A stretch of DNA of 64,000 nucleotides from an uncultured Eubacteriales bacterium (GTDB lineage: Bacteria > Bacillota > Clostridia > Oscillospirales > CAG-272), in assembly GCA_902491535.1 (NCBI GenBank), contig CABUHS010000003.1:6426-70425 (forward strand), given 5' to 3'. Shown here in pieces: positions 19,184 to 27,736 of this stretch. Below the pieces are notes generated by a model. It had not been told where the DNA came from and did not search any database. It saw only the letters and a program-made list of their open reading frames with translations. The position numbers were made by a program, and so were the translations under genes. Positions within the stretch are counted from its first letter, which is position 1. Each line of letters begins with the position of its first letter.

Positions 19184-21607
19184 ATGGAAATGTGTTCAAG
19201 ATGTAAAAAACGTGTGGCGGTTGTATTTGTTACCCGTTTTGAAGGCGGAAAAACGATAGACGAAGGTATCTGTCTGAAATGCGCAAAGGAACTCGGAATA
19301 AAGCCTGTTGAAACTATGATGGAGAAGATGGGACTGTCTGATGAGGACCTTGACCGTATGGACAGCGAGATGAGCGGTATGCTTGAGAATTTCGGTGATG
19401 AGGATATGGGTGTTATGCCGGAGGATACGGAGTATCCCGAAGAAGATCCTGACGGTATGGACGGAGAAGAGGACAGCGGCCACGCTCCGGCTGTCGACTT
19501 CAGAAAATTCTTCGCTCCGCTTATGAAAACCGAAAGTGACAGGAAAGAAAACCCTTCCGAAGAAAAATCCGGTAAGGAAAAAAACGCGTCCGGAGGTGCA
19601 AAAAAGCAGAAACGCAAGTATCTTGGAATGTATTGCAGCGATCTTACCGGAAAGGCACGCGAGGGTAAGCTGGACAGAGTGATAGGACGCGACAGAGAGA
19701 TCGCGCGCACTGTGCAGATACTTTGCCGCCGTCAGAAGAATAACCCTTGTCTTATCGGAGAACCCGGAGTCGGTAAGACCGCCGTTGCAGAAGCTGTTGC
19801 TCAGCTTATTGTAAGTGAAGATGTGCCGTGGAAGCTTCGCGGAAAGGAAGTCTTTCTTCTCGATCTGACAGCACTGATAGCGGGAACTCAGTTCCGCGGA
19901 CAGTTTGAGAGCCGTATGAAGGGACTTATTGATGAGATTCGGGCTAACGGAAATATAATACTCGTAATTGATGAGGTTCATATGATCGCCGGAAGCGGAA
20001 ACGCTGAGGGCGGTATGAACGCGGCTAATATTCTGAAGCCTGCGCTTTCAAAGGGAGAGATTCAGGTTATCGGAGCTACGACGCTGACCGAATACCGTAA
20101 ATATATTGAAAGCGATTCAGCTCTTGAACGCCGTTTTCAGCCTATAGTGCTTGAGGAGCCTTCTATAGAAGAGTCTGTTATGATATTGCGCGGTATAAAA
20201 GGTTATTATGAAAAGTTTCACGGCATAAAAATACCAGATATGACGGTCGAGGCCGCTGTCCGTCTTTCCGAACGTTATATTACTGACAGATTTTTACCGG
20301 ATAAGGCGATCGATCTTATGGATGAGGCATCGTCCAGACTCGCGCTTTCATCTCCGGTCATAAAGGAGACAGAGGAGCTTGCAGAAGAAATACGTGCTAT
20401 AGAGGCGGAGCGCGACACTCTCGAAGCGGAGAGTACCGATTCTGATGAGGCTGAAAACGAAAAGTACCGCCGCCTTGCCGATCTGAGAACCAAGGAACTG
20501 AGTGCGCGTGAACGCATGAGCGTTATATCCGCAGAGCGTGATAAAATATTTCTGTCCGAAGAGGATATTGCCAAGGTTATTGAGATATGGACGGGCGTCC
20601 CGGCAAGTTCTATAACGGAGCATGAGTTCGCGCGTATTGATTCGCTCGGAACCAGACTGAAAGAGCATATCATAGGGCAGGACAGAGCGGTTGACGCAGT
20701 TGTTAAAGCGATAAAGAGAAACAGGGCGGGTGTATCGTCCAAGCGTAAGCCGGTGTCATTTATATTCGCAGGAAGTACCGGAGTCGGAAAGACAGAGCTT
20801 GTAAAACGGCTTGCAGCTGATCTTTTTAACTCTCCGGAGACACTTATCCGTCTTGATATGTCGGAGTTTATGGAGAAACACTCCGTTTCACGTATAATCG
20901 GTTCACCTCCCGGATATGTAGGCTACGATGACGCGGGACAGCTTACCGAAAAGATACGCCGCAAACCGTATTCTGTCGTCCTTTTCGATGAGATCGAAAA
21001 GGCGCATCCCGACGTTATGAATATCCTTTTGCAGATATTGGACGAGGGCAGGATAACAGATGCTCACGGCAAGGTGATAGGCTTCGAAAACACGGTTATA
21101 ATTATGACTACGAATGCGGGTGCAAATCTTGCGTCAAATACTCCGGGATTCGGCGCATCTGCGTATGAGCAGGAAAGCGACCGCACATTGAAGGCACTCG
21201 GAGAATTCCTGCGTCCTGAGTTTATAAACCGTGTTGATGAGATCGTAACCTTCCGTCAGCTCGACCGCGATGATTTCATTAAGATTGCCGAGCTTATGCT
21301 CGGAGAGCTTCGCGATACACTTTCTATAAAGGGAATTTCTGTATCATGGACCGCAGCAGCAGCGGCATATATTGCCGAGCATTCGTATTCACGAAAATTC
21401 GGAGCAAGAAATATGCGCAGATATGTTCAGACTCATGTTGAGGATGAGATCGCAGAGCTGTTGATTCGAGGCTACGGACAAAGCATTTCGGCTGTAAATA
21501 TTGATGTGCCTGCCGATACTTCGCAGGAGGATGCTCCGCTTTCTATCAGTCTGTCTTATTACGCTGATACGCTTGGTGACGCCGAGACCGGCGTTTCGAA
21601 AGTATGA
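19184..21607 (+). CDS. Clp/Hsp100-class double AAA+ ATPase (ClpC/ClpB-like) with a zinc-ribbon N-terminus instead of Clp_N repeats
   Basis: D1 Walker A GEPGVGKTA and Walker B ILVIDEVH. D2 Walker A GSTGVGKTE and Walker B VVLFDEIEKAH. Short coiled-coil M region. N-terminus is CSRC-x21-CLKC followed by a D/E-rich stretch. Confidence 0.9.
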   Translation: MEMCSRCKKRVAVVFVTRFEGGKTIDEGICLKCAKELGIKPVETMMEKMGLSDEDLDRMDSEMSGMLENFGDEDMGVMPEDTEYPEEDPDGMDGEEDSGHAPAVDFRKFFAPLMKTESDRKENPSEEKSGKEKNASGGAKKQKRKYLGMYCSDLTGKAREGKLDRVIGRDREIARTVQILCRRQKNNPCLIGEPGVGKTAVAEAVAQLIVSEDVPWKLRGKEVFLLDLTALIAGTQFRGQFESRMKGLIDEIRANGNIILVIDEVHMIAGSGNAEGGMNAANILKPALSKGEIQVIGATTLTEYRKYIESDSALERRFQPIVLEEPSIEESVMILRGIKGYYEKFHGIKIPDMTVEAAVRLSERYITDRFLPDKAIDLMDEASSRLALSSPVIKETEELAEEIRAIEAERDTLEAESTDSDEAENEKYRRLADLRTKELSARERMSVISAERDKIFLSEEDIAKVIEIWTGVPASSITEHEFARIDSLGTRLKEHIIGQDRAVDAVVKAIKRNRAGVSSKRKPVSFIFAGSTGVGKTELVKRLAADLFNSPETLIRLDMSEFMEKHSVSRIIGSPPGYVGYDDAGQLTEKIRRKPYSVVLFDEIEKAHPDVMNILLQILDEGRITDAHGKVIGFENTVIIMTTNAGANLASNTPGFGASAYEQESDRTLKALGEFLRPEFINRVDEIVTFRQLDRDDFIKIAELMLGELRDTLSIKGISVSWTAAAAAYIAEHSYSRKFGARNMRRYVQTHVEDEIAELLIRGYGQSISAVNIDVPADTSQEDAPLSISLSYYADTLGDAETGVSKV

Positions 21608-24600
21608 GGGACAGTAAATGGCATGAGCTGACAGCTGAACAGATTGCGAATCATTTCGGAAGCGATATAAGCCGCGGACTTAGCGTCTCCGCGGCGGCTC
21701 AGCGTTTACGTCAGGACGGAGAAAGCAGGATATATCCCGAAAACCGCGAAAAATATACGGCTAATATAAAGCATATATTGACAGATCTTACGGTTATCCT
21801 TCTTGTGTTTACTGCCGTAATTTCGGCAGCGTTCGGGCAAAGTGTCAGTATACCTGTTATAATAAGTCTTATAGTGCTGAATCTTGCAGCATGTGTCGCT
21901 GCATATCTTAAGGCTCACAGTATACTTAAGGAAACAGGTAAACGGGCAGAGCATTCTGTCAAGGTTGTCCGTGACGGACACGTTATGCTTATAAACAGCA
22001 GTCAGACGGTCTGCGGTGATGTAATATTTTTATCTGCGGGAGATACGGTTCCCGCTGATGCACGTATCATACAGTCTGAAGAGCTTACCGTTCTTCAGAC
22101 TGATGTTACCGGTGAAAAGAAACCGGTTCGTAAGCGTTCCGGCTTTGCAGAGGGACGCAGCATCGGAGCTGCACCCGAACAGCAGACAAACATGCTGTTT
22201 GCTTCATCGGTGGTTATGAGCGGAAGCGGGCGCGCTATAATATGCGCGACCTCTGAAAATACATGTATACGAAAACTCGGAAGAGCATCCGGGGACGATC
22301 TGTCCTATGAAAAACTGCGTCTGTTCAAGTTTATGCGTAGCTATAGCTCAGTATGGGGACTCTGCATGCTTGTGGCTGTTTTTGTAATTGCGGTTTTGGA
22401 TTTTATATTCGGAAGTGCCGACCGCAGTCTTTTTGACAGCTTTATAACCGCTCTTACACTTGCTGTTGCTTCTATGAGTTCGTGTTATCTTGCATTTACA
22501 TATATAGTTGTGTCTTCAGGCATTCTCGGCTTGGGAAAACGGCGCAGAGGAAATTCATCGGGTGCGCTTGTCAAAAATATAGGAAAGCTTGAGGCGGCAA
22601 AGGATATTACGGCGCTTATTGTTCCGTACAGATCGCTGATCGCTTCGGATTCTGTGAAGCTGGTGCGGGTATATGCGGCAGGTGCGGACAAGGGCGTTTC
22701 GGATCACGGTTTCAAACGGAGCTGTGTGCCGCTGCTTCGTCTTGCCGTAATTTCGACAGGACTGTACGGCGGAAACAGGCTTGTTCATAATAATCTGAGC
22801 GGTAACAATGTTTATTCGGATGATGAAGAACTTATAATATCGTATGCGACGAATCTCGGAATTTATAATCTCAGACTTGACCGTGATTTTCCTATGGCGG
22901 ATCACGTGTCTGCAGGAAACCGCAGCCGTTTTGATACGACACTATATTTTGATGGCGGAGATTTCCGGGCGGTATCGCGCGGAGACGCGGGAAGAATACT
23001 GGCATCGTGCAGCCATTACCGGGATTACTCCGGTGTTTTAAGAATGAATTCCGAAAAGCGTGATGAGCTTAGCAGATATGTGACTGCCGCCGCAAAAAAG
23101 AATTGCCGTGTAATTGCTATAGCATCTAAGAAAACACAGTATACAAATCTTCGGCGGATCGTGGCAAATCAGAGCGATCTGGTTTTTGAAGGATTTCTTG
23201 TGATAAGTGAGCCGCTGATAGAAGGTGCTGCCCGCAATATTGCTGCATGCCGTGAAGCAGGTATACGCGTGCTTATGACATGTGACAGCCGAAACGAGAC
23301 CGGTATCATAACTGCGAGATCGCTTGGCATCATATCTGATGACAGCCGTATAGTCAGCGGGGAACAGATCTCAGGTATGAAGCCGGAGATTTTCCGTATA
23401 AATATACCGCTTTACGATCTATACATAGGGCTCAGTTCCTCTCAGCTCGAAATGCTCATTTCATTTTTGCAGGCTGACGGATCGGTAGTAGGAATAGCGG
23501 CAGACAGGCTCGGACAGCTTTCCGCTATGCGCGAGGGAGATGTAGGCTTTGCTCTGCAAAGCAGTGCAGTATCGCCGTCAGGTGGAACTGTTCGTGTTCC
23601 GATTGTTTCAGGCGGAAGCGGAGAACATTCGTGTCCGGCAGATGCCGCGCTTATGTTTTATTCGGATGTTGTGCTTTATTCGCCGGACAGACGCGGATCC
23701 GGCGGCTTTAACGGTATGGTCGGAACTGTTAAAAACTCTGTTCAGATATACCGTAACATATTGCGTGTCTCATCATATCTTCTTACGGTTCAGATCGCGA
23801 GACTTGCTATTGTACTTTGGAGCGTGATTTCCGGAAATTTTGTCCTTACTCCTGTACAGGTATTATTTTCCGGACTTATCATAGATTTTGCTGCTGTATT
23901 TACGATAGCATTTCAGCCGCCGTCAACACATGTGCTGAAATACAGACAGGATGTTGATAAAAAGCTTAAAAGGCCGTTTTTCAGTAATATAAGATATGTT
24001 GTATTCGGACTTCTATGGGCGTTGGCGCTCGTTTTTTCGCCGTATATTTTAAATGCTGCCGGATTTGTATTTGCCGACGGCGAACTCGTATCCGCATCAT
24101 TTCTCGGATTCATGATAACTCAGTTTTTTGTAATGTCTGAGATAAAACGTGAACACAGCATATTTGATCCGAATATAAGATTCAGTGCGGCATCGGTACT
24201 TATAGTTCTTTTGTGTGTTGCATTTGCACTTGTCTCGATATTCGTCCCTCCGTTCGGAGTTTTGTTCGGAATCAAGATTATCGGAAGCGCAGCTGTCTCG
24301 GCAATGCTGATTCCGCCGGCACTTATGGTTATTGTGCTGGAAATCGATAAGATATTAAGGGGATATTCGCGTATAAGCAAGTATCTTGAAAAGCTTGTAT
24401 CGAAGTTCGGGGCAAAAAAACGCTTGGATGCAAAACCGAATGAGGTTGAGATCAATGTTACCGAAAAGCCGGAAACACCTGCAACGGCCGACTCTGATAC
24501 GGGATTGTTCGAAAGCTTTGACCTTGATGAATTCATTGCTTCGGCTATAGGATTGAGTGATAAACAGGAAAATAATATCGGTACGGATTCTGTTGACGGT

Positions 24601-24879
24601 GGCTTTGATTCATCCAGCGGCGAGGATGAGGATTCTGCAACCGGTGCGGATAATGGAGAAACTGCGGTATCAGGAGAAAATATCACCCCGGAAAATATCG
24701 GGGTTTCCGATACTGAAGCTATTTCGGCGCCGGACGAAAATAAAGCATCTTCCGCGGATATTTCCGGAAATGAGGATATTTTCGATGCGTCGGGCGATAC
24801 GGCTGATGATCCTTTTGAATACGGAATAGGAAATGATATCATAGAAAGTATTTTTTCTGTACGTAAGGATGACGAATGA
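21604..24879 (+). CDS. P-type ATPase homologue lacking all catalytic motifs (intact ORF, predicted non-pumping), with an acidic ~170-aa C-terminal tail
   Basis: Cation-ATPase N-terminal domain (LTAEQIANHFGSDISRGLS) and colinear similarity to the genuine P-type ATPase at 44689-47331. TGES is TGEK, PEGL is absent, DKTGT is PYRSL, TGDN is TCDS and GDGVNDAP is ADRLGQLS. The start overlaps the upstream stop (ATGA). Confidence 0.85.
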   Translation: MRDSKWHELTAEQIANHFGSDISRGLSVSAAAQRLRQDGESRIYPENREKYTANIKHILTDLTVILLVFTAVISAAFGQSVSIPVIISLIVLNLAACVAAYLKAHSILKETGKRAEHSVKVVRDGHVMLINSSQTVCGDVIFLSAGDTVPADARIIQSEELTVLQTDVTGEKKPVRKRSGFAEGRSIGAAPEQQTNMLFASSVVMSGSGRAIICATSENTCIRKLGRASGDDLSYEKLRLFKFMRSYSSVWGLCMLVAVFVIAVLDFIFGSADRSLFDSFITALTLAVASMSSCYLAFTYIVVSSGILGLGKRRRGNSSGALVKNIGKLEAAKDITALIVPYRSLIASDSVKLVRVYAAGADKGVSDHGFKRSCVPLLRLAVISTGLYGGNRLVHNNLSGNNVYSDDEELIISYATNLGIYNLRLDRDFPMADHVSAGNRSRFDTTLYFDGGDFRAVSRGDAGRILASCSHYRDYSGVLRMNSEKRDELSRYVTAAAKKNCRVIAIASKKTQYTNLRRIVANQSDLVFEGFLVISEPLIEGAARNIAACREAGIRVLMTCDSRNETGIITARSLGIISDDSRIVSGEQISGMKPEIFRINIPLYDLYIGLSSSQLEMLISFLQADGSVVGIAADRLGQLSAMREGDVGFALQSSAVSPSGGTVRVPIVSGGSGEHSCPADAALMFYSDVVLYSPDRRGSGGFNGMVGTVKNSVQIYRNILRVSSYLLTVQIARLAIVLWSVISGNFVLTPVQVLFSGLIIDFAAVFTIAFQPPSTHVLKYRQDVDKKLKRPFFSNIRYVVFGLLWALALVFSPYILNAAGFVFADGELVSASFLGFMITQFFVMSEIKREHSIFDPNIRFSAASVLIVLLCVAFALVSIFVPPFGVLFGIKIIGSAAVSAMLIPPALMVIVLEIDKILRGYSRISKYLEKLVSKFGAKKRLDAKPNEVEINVTEKPETPATADSDTGLFESFDLDEFIASAIGLSDKQENNIGTDSVDGGFDSSSGEDEDSATGADNGETAVSGENITPENIGVSDTEAISAPDENKASSADISGNEDIFDASGDTADDPFEYGIGNDIIESIFSVRKDDE

Positions 24880-24923
24880 CAGGACGGAAATATAAGCTGA
24901 AATAATATAACTTGAATAGTTGA

Positions 24924-24965
24924 AGTACGGTGTTAGCTGCAAGGCTGATGCCGTACTGTTTTTTA
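24924..24965 (+). terminator. Putative rho-independent terminator after the ATPase-like gene
   Basis: 14-bp stem (with G-U pairs) agtacggtgttagc / gctgatgccgtact, followed by gttttttag. Confidence 0.6.
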
Positions 24966-25020
24966 GAATTCACGGGAATATTGTTCAAATTTTGTTTACA
25001 TATGAAAAGTGAAAAAACTG

Positions 25021-25049
25021 TTGCATTTATCGGTGTCATGTGATATAAT
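25021..25049 (+). promoter_or_regulatory. Sigma-A type promoter for the tRNA gene
   Basis: TTGCAT, 17-nt spacer, then TGaTATAAT. It lies about 25 nt upstream of the tRNA 5' end. Confidence 0.6.
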
Positions 25050-25074
25050 AAATAAGCATTGAACTTAACAGTTT

Positions 25075-25149
25075 GGCCTGTTGGTCAAGAGGCTAAGACG
25101 CCGCCCTCTCACGGCGGAAACAGGGGTTCGATTCCCCTACGGGTCACCA
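25075..25149 (+). tRNA. tRNA-Glu (anticodon CUC), CCA encoded
   Basis: Manual cloverleaf: acceptor GGCCTGT/ACGGGTC (two G-U pairs), anticodon stem CCGCC/GGCGG with loop CTCTCAC, T arm AGGGG-TTCGATT-CCCCT, discriminator A plus CCA. Confidence 0.85.
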
Positions 25150-25152
25150 CTG

Positions 25153-25187
25153 AAGATCCGCCTGATTATGTCAGGCGGATCTTTTTG
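25153..25187 (+). terminator. Rho-independent terminator after tRNA-Glu
   Basis: Stem aagatccgcctga / tcaggcggatctt, 5-nt loop, followed by a T-run. Confidence 0.85.
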
Positions 25188-25258
25188 CATAGGCATCTGA
25201 GGTCCGAAAAGGACTGTTATATAAAAAACGGTTTATTACCGGGAAACGGAGAACAAAA

Positions 25259-26497
25259 ATGCTGCACGGAAATATTTTAGTAGGTCAGTCAGGAGGACCG
25301 ACCGCCGCTATCAATGCATCTCTTTCAGGTGTTATACGCGGTACAGTAGAGAACTGGTCTATAGGTACCATATACGGCGCTATAAACGGTATCGAGGGTG
25401 TGCTTGAGGAGCGTTTCTGCAATCTCAGTGAGATATTTGCAGATAAGTCCAAACTGGATATTCTTGAAAATACGCCGGCATCGGCGCTCGGCTCATGCCG
25501 TCTGAAGCTTCCGGCGCTTCCTGCCGAAGGAGAGACCGATGAGACATACGAAAAGCTTTTTGCAATATTCAGAAAGTACAATATCCGTTATTTCTTCTAT
25601 ATCGGCGGAAACGATTCGATGGATACGGTAGCTAAAATATCGGCATACTCAAAGCGCACAGATTATCTGATCCGTGTTATGGGTGTTCCGAAGACAATAG
25701 ATAACGACGTAGCGGGAACTGACCATACACCGGGATACGGTTCGGCTGCTAAGTATATAGCAACATCTATGCAGGAAATACTCAGAGATTGTTCGGTATA
25801 TACTGTTAAGGCTGTTACCATAGTCGAGATTATGGGAAGAGACGCGGGATGGCTTACTGCTGCAGCGGCATTGCCTGCACTCAGCTGTGGATGCGCTCCC
25901 GATCTTGTATATCTTCCGGAACGCACTTTCGATTTTGAATGTTTTTATGAGGATGTACAGGCGGCTCTTGAAAAGCATCCTAACGTCGTGATCGCAGTAT
26001 CGGAAGGTCTCCGTACCGCTGACGGACGTTACGTCGGAGAATCTGCACAGAGCGGAGCTGCCGATGTGTTCGGCCATAAATATCTTTCCGGAACAGGAAA
26101 GGCGCTTGAAATGGCTGTAAAAGAAAAATTCGGCTGCAAGGTGCGTTCGGTTGAACTTAATATTCTTCAGCGCTGTGCTTCGCATATCGCATCGCTTACC
26201 GACATATCCGAATCCGTAGAAGTTGGACGCGCTGCCGTATGGGCCGCAACATCGGGTGAGAGCGGCAAGATGATGACGCTTGTGCGTACTTCTGACGATC
26301 CTTACGAATGTAAACCCGGTTCTGAGGATATAGACAAGATCGCGAATTTCGTAAGGACGGTTCCGGACGAGTTTATAAACGAACGCGGAAATAATGTTAC
26401 GGAGGCATGTTTGCGCTATATTCAGCCGCTTATTGAGGGAGAGGTCACTCAAAAATACGAGCATGGACTGCCTGTACATATGGTAATAGAGAGATAA
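25259..26497 (+). CDS. pfp: 6-phosphofructokinase, probably pyrophosphate-dependent (PfkA family, Pfp-like)
   Basis: GQSGGPTAAINAS N-terminus. GGNDS in place of the ATP-PFK GGDGS, and PKTIDND with Lys where ATP-PFKs have Gly. Both are features associated with PPi-dependent enzymes. Confidence 0.75.
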   Translation: MLHGNILVGQSGGPTAAINASLSGVIRGTVENWSIGTIYGAINGIEGVLEERFCNLSEIFADKSKLDILENTPASALGSCRLKLPALPAEGETDETYEKLFAIFRKYNIRYFFYIGGNDSMDTVAKISAYSKRTDYLIRVMGVPKTIDNDVAGTDHTPGYGSAAKYIATSMQEILRDCSVYTVKAVTIVEIMGRDAGWLTAAAALPALSCGCAPDLVYLPERTFDFECFYEDVQAALEKHPNVVIAVSEGLRTADGRYVGESAQSGAADVFGHKYLSGTGKALEMAVKEKFGCKVRSVELNILQRCASHIASLTDISESVEVGRAAVWAATSGESGKMMTLVRTSDDPYECKPGSEDIDKIANFVRTVPDEFINERGNNVTEACLRYIQPLIEGEVTQKYEHGLPVHMVIER

Positions 26498-26534
26498 AAT
26501 AATTGAGAACCTGAAAAATAAAGGAAGGTGCAAA

Positions 26535-27653
26535 ATGCAGAAAAAGATAATTTCACTTCTTGCAGCGGCAGCGGCTTTAATTTCTACAGTATCGCTTGTG
26601 TCATGCAGAAAGTCATTAAAAAAGGCTCCTGAAGGTTTTACCGAGCCGTTTAACTATGATCTTAGTGAGTATGTAAAACTCGGAGAATATAAGGGTATTA
26701 AATATACTCCTTTTGATACATCAGCTACAGATGACCAGATACAGGCGAAGCTTGCCTCAGAGCTTAAAGAACATACTACGGCAGAGATAGTAACTGACCG
26801 CGGCGCAAAGATGGGCGATGTTCTTACCATAAATTATTCCGGAACCATTGACGGGGAGCAGTTTGAAGGCGGTACAGCTACCGAACAGACGATAACGCTG
26901 GGAGAGAGCGGTTATATTTCAGGTTTTGACGAAGGTCTTGTTGGTGTAAAGGCGGGAGAGTCGGTAACTCTTCATCTGAAATTTCCCAATCCGTATAATC
27001 CTAAGCCTGAATTTTCCGGTAAGGATGTAGACTTCCTTGTACTTGTTCGCTTTGTAAGGAGCGTAGTTGTTCCGGAACTTACTGATGAGTTTGTTGCTTC
27101 GGTAGGTGAGTACAAATCTGTTGAAGATTATATGGCTTATATTACTTCTCTTGTTGAGGAAGAAAATAAATCAAAAGCTGAATTGCAGAAAATTTCAGAT
27201 GTATGGGGCGCGATTATTGAAAACACAGAGGTTGTCAGTGTGCCGCAGGAAGAAATTAACGCAAGTATTCAGAATATGATCGATACATATACCGGATATG
27301 CGACATATTACGACAAAACGCTTGATGAATTCCTTTCAGAAGCGTTAGGTATGGATTATGATACTTTCTATGCTCAGGTTAAGGAATATTCTGAAAAGTC
27401 GGTTGAGCAGGAGCTTATTCTGTATTCGATAGTTCATGCTGAGAATATAAAACTCACTGATAAGGATTATGACGAGGGACTGAAACATCTTGCTGAAGAA
27501 AACAATACTACTGTAGAGGAACTTGAAAAGCAGAACGATTTTGAGCTTCTTTGGGAGAATGTTATGTGGGATAAAGTAATGACATTCCTTACTGACAATG
27601 CTGTAGCTGTTGAGGCTGATACATCCGCTTCGGACACGTCAGCCGAAAGCTGA
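26535..27653 (+). CDS. Lipoprotein with trigger-factor-like FKBP PPIase and C-terminal chaperone-arm domains
   Basis: Signal peptide with lipobox LVS-C (aa 21-24). PPIase region GDVLTINYSGTIDGEQFEGG...GYISGFDEGLVGVKAGE...PELTDEFV resembles trigger factor. No ribosome-binding N-domain. Confidence 0.75.
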   Translation: MQKKIISLLAAAAALISTVSLVSCRKSLKKAPEGFTEPFNYDLSEYVKLGEYKGIKYTPFDTSATDDQIQAKLASELKEHTTAEIVTDRGAKMGDVLTINYSGTIDGEQFEGGTATEQTITLGESGYISGFDEGLVGVKAGESVTLHLKFPNPYNPKPEFSGKDVDFLVLVRFVRSVVVPELTDEFVASVGEYKSVEDYMAYITSLVEEENKSKAELQKISDVWGAIIENTEVVSVPQEEINASIQNMIDTYTGYATYYDKTLDEFLSEALGMDYDTFYAQVKEYSEKSVEQELILYSIVHAENIKLTDKDYDEGLKHLAEENNTTVEELEKQNDFELLWENVMWDKVMTFLTDNAVAVEADTSASDTSAES

Positions 27654-27679
27654 TCAGATTATCTTATTGAAAAAATAAT

Positions 27680-27716
27680 GCCCGATATCTTTTAAGATAT
27701 CGGGCGGATTTTTTGT
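27680..27716. terminator. Bidirectional terminator between the lipoprotein gene and recG
   Basis: Stem gcccgatatct / agatatcgggc, 4-nt loop, T-run downstream and A-run upstream. Confidence 0.8.
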
Positions 27717-27736
27717 TATACGGTTATAAATATGAT

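Noticed and set aside
18358-19710. A 450-aa ORF on the minus strand spanning cvpA, the intergenic gap and the 5' end of the Clp-like gene
   Set aside because: It runs antisense to two well-supported genes. Its translation is Ser/Pro/Ile-rich low complexity with no motifs, and it has no RBS. This is typical of a shadow ORF produced by the codon bias of the sense strand.
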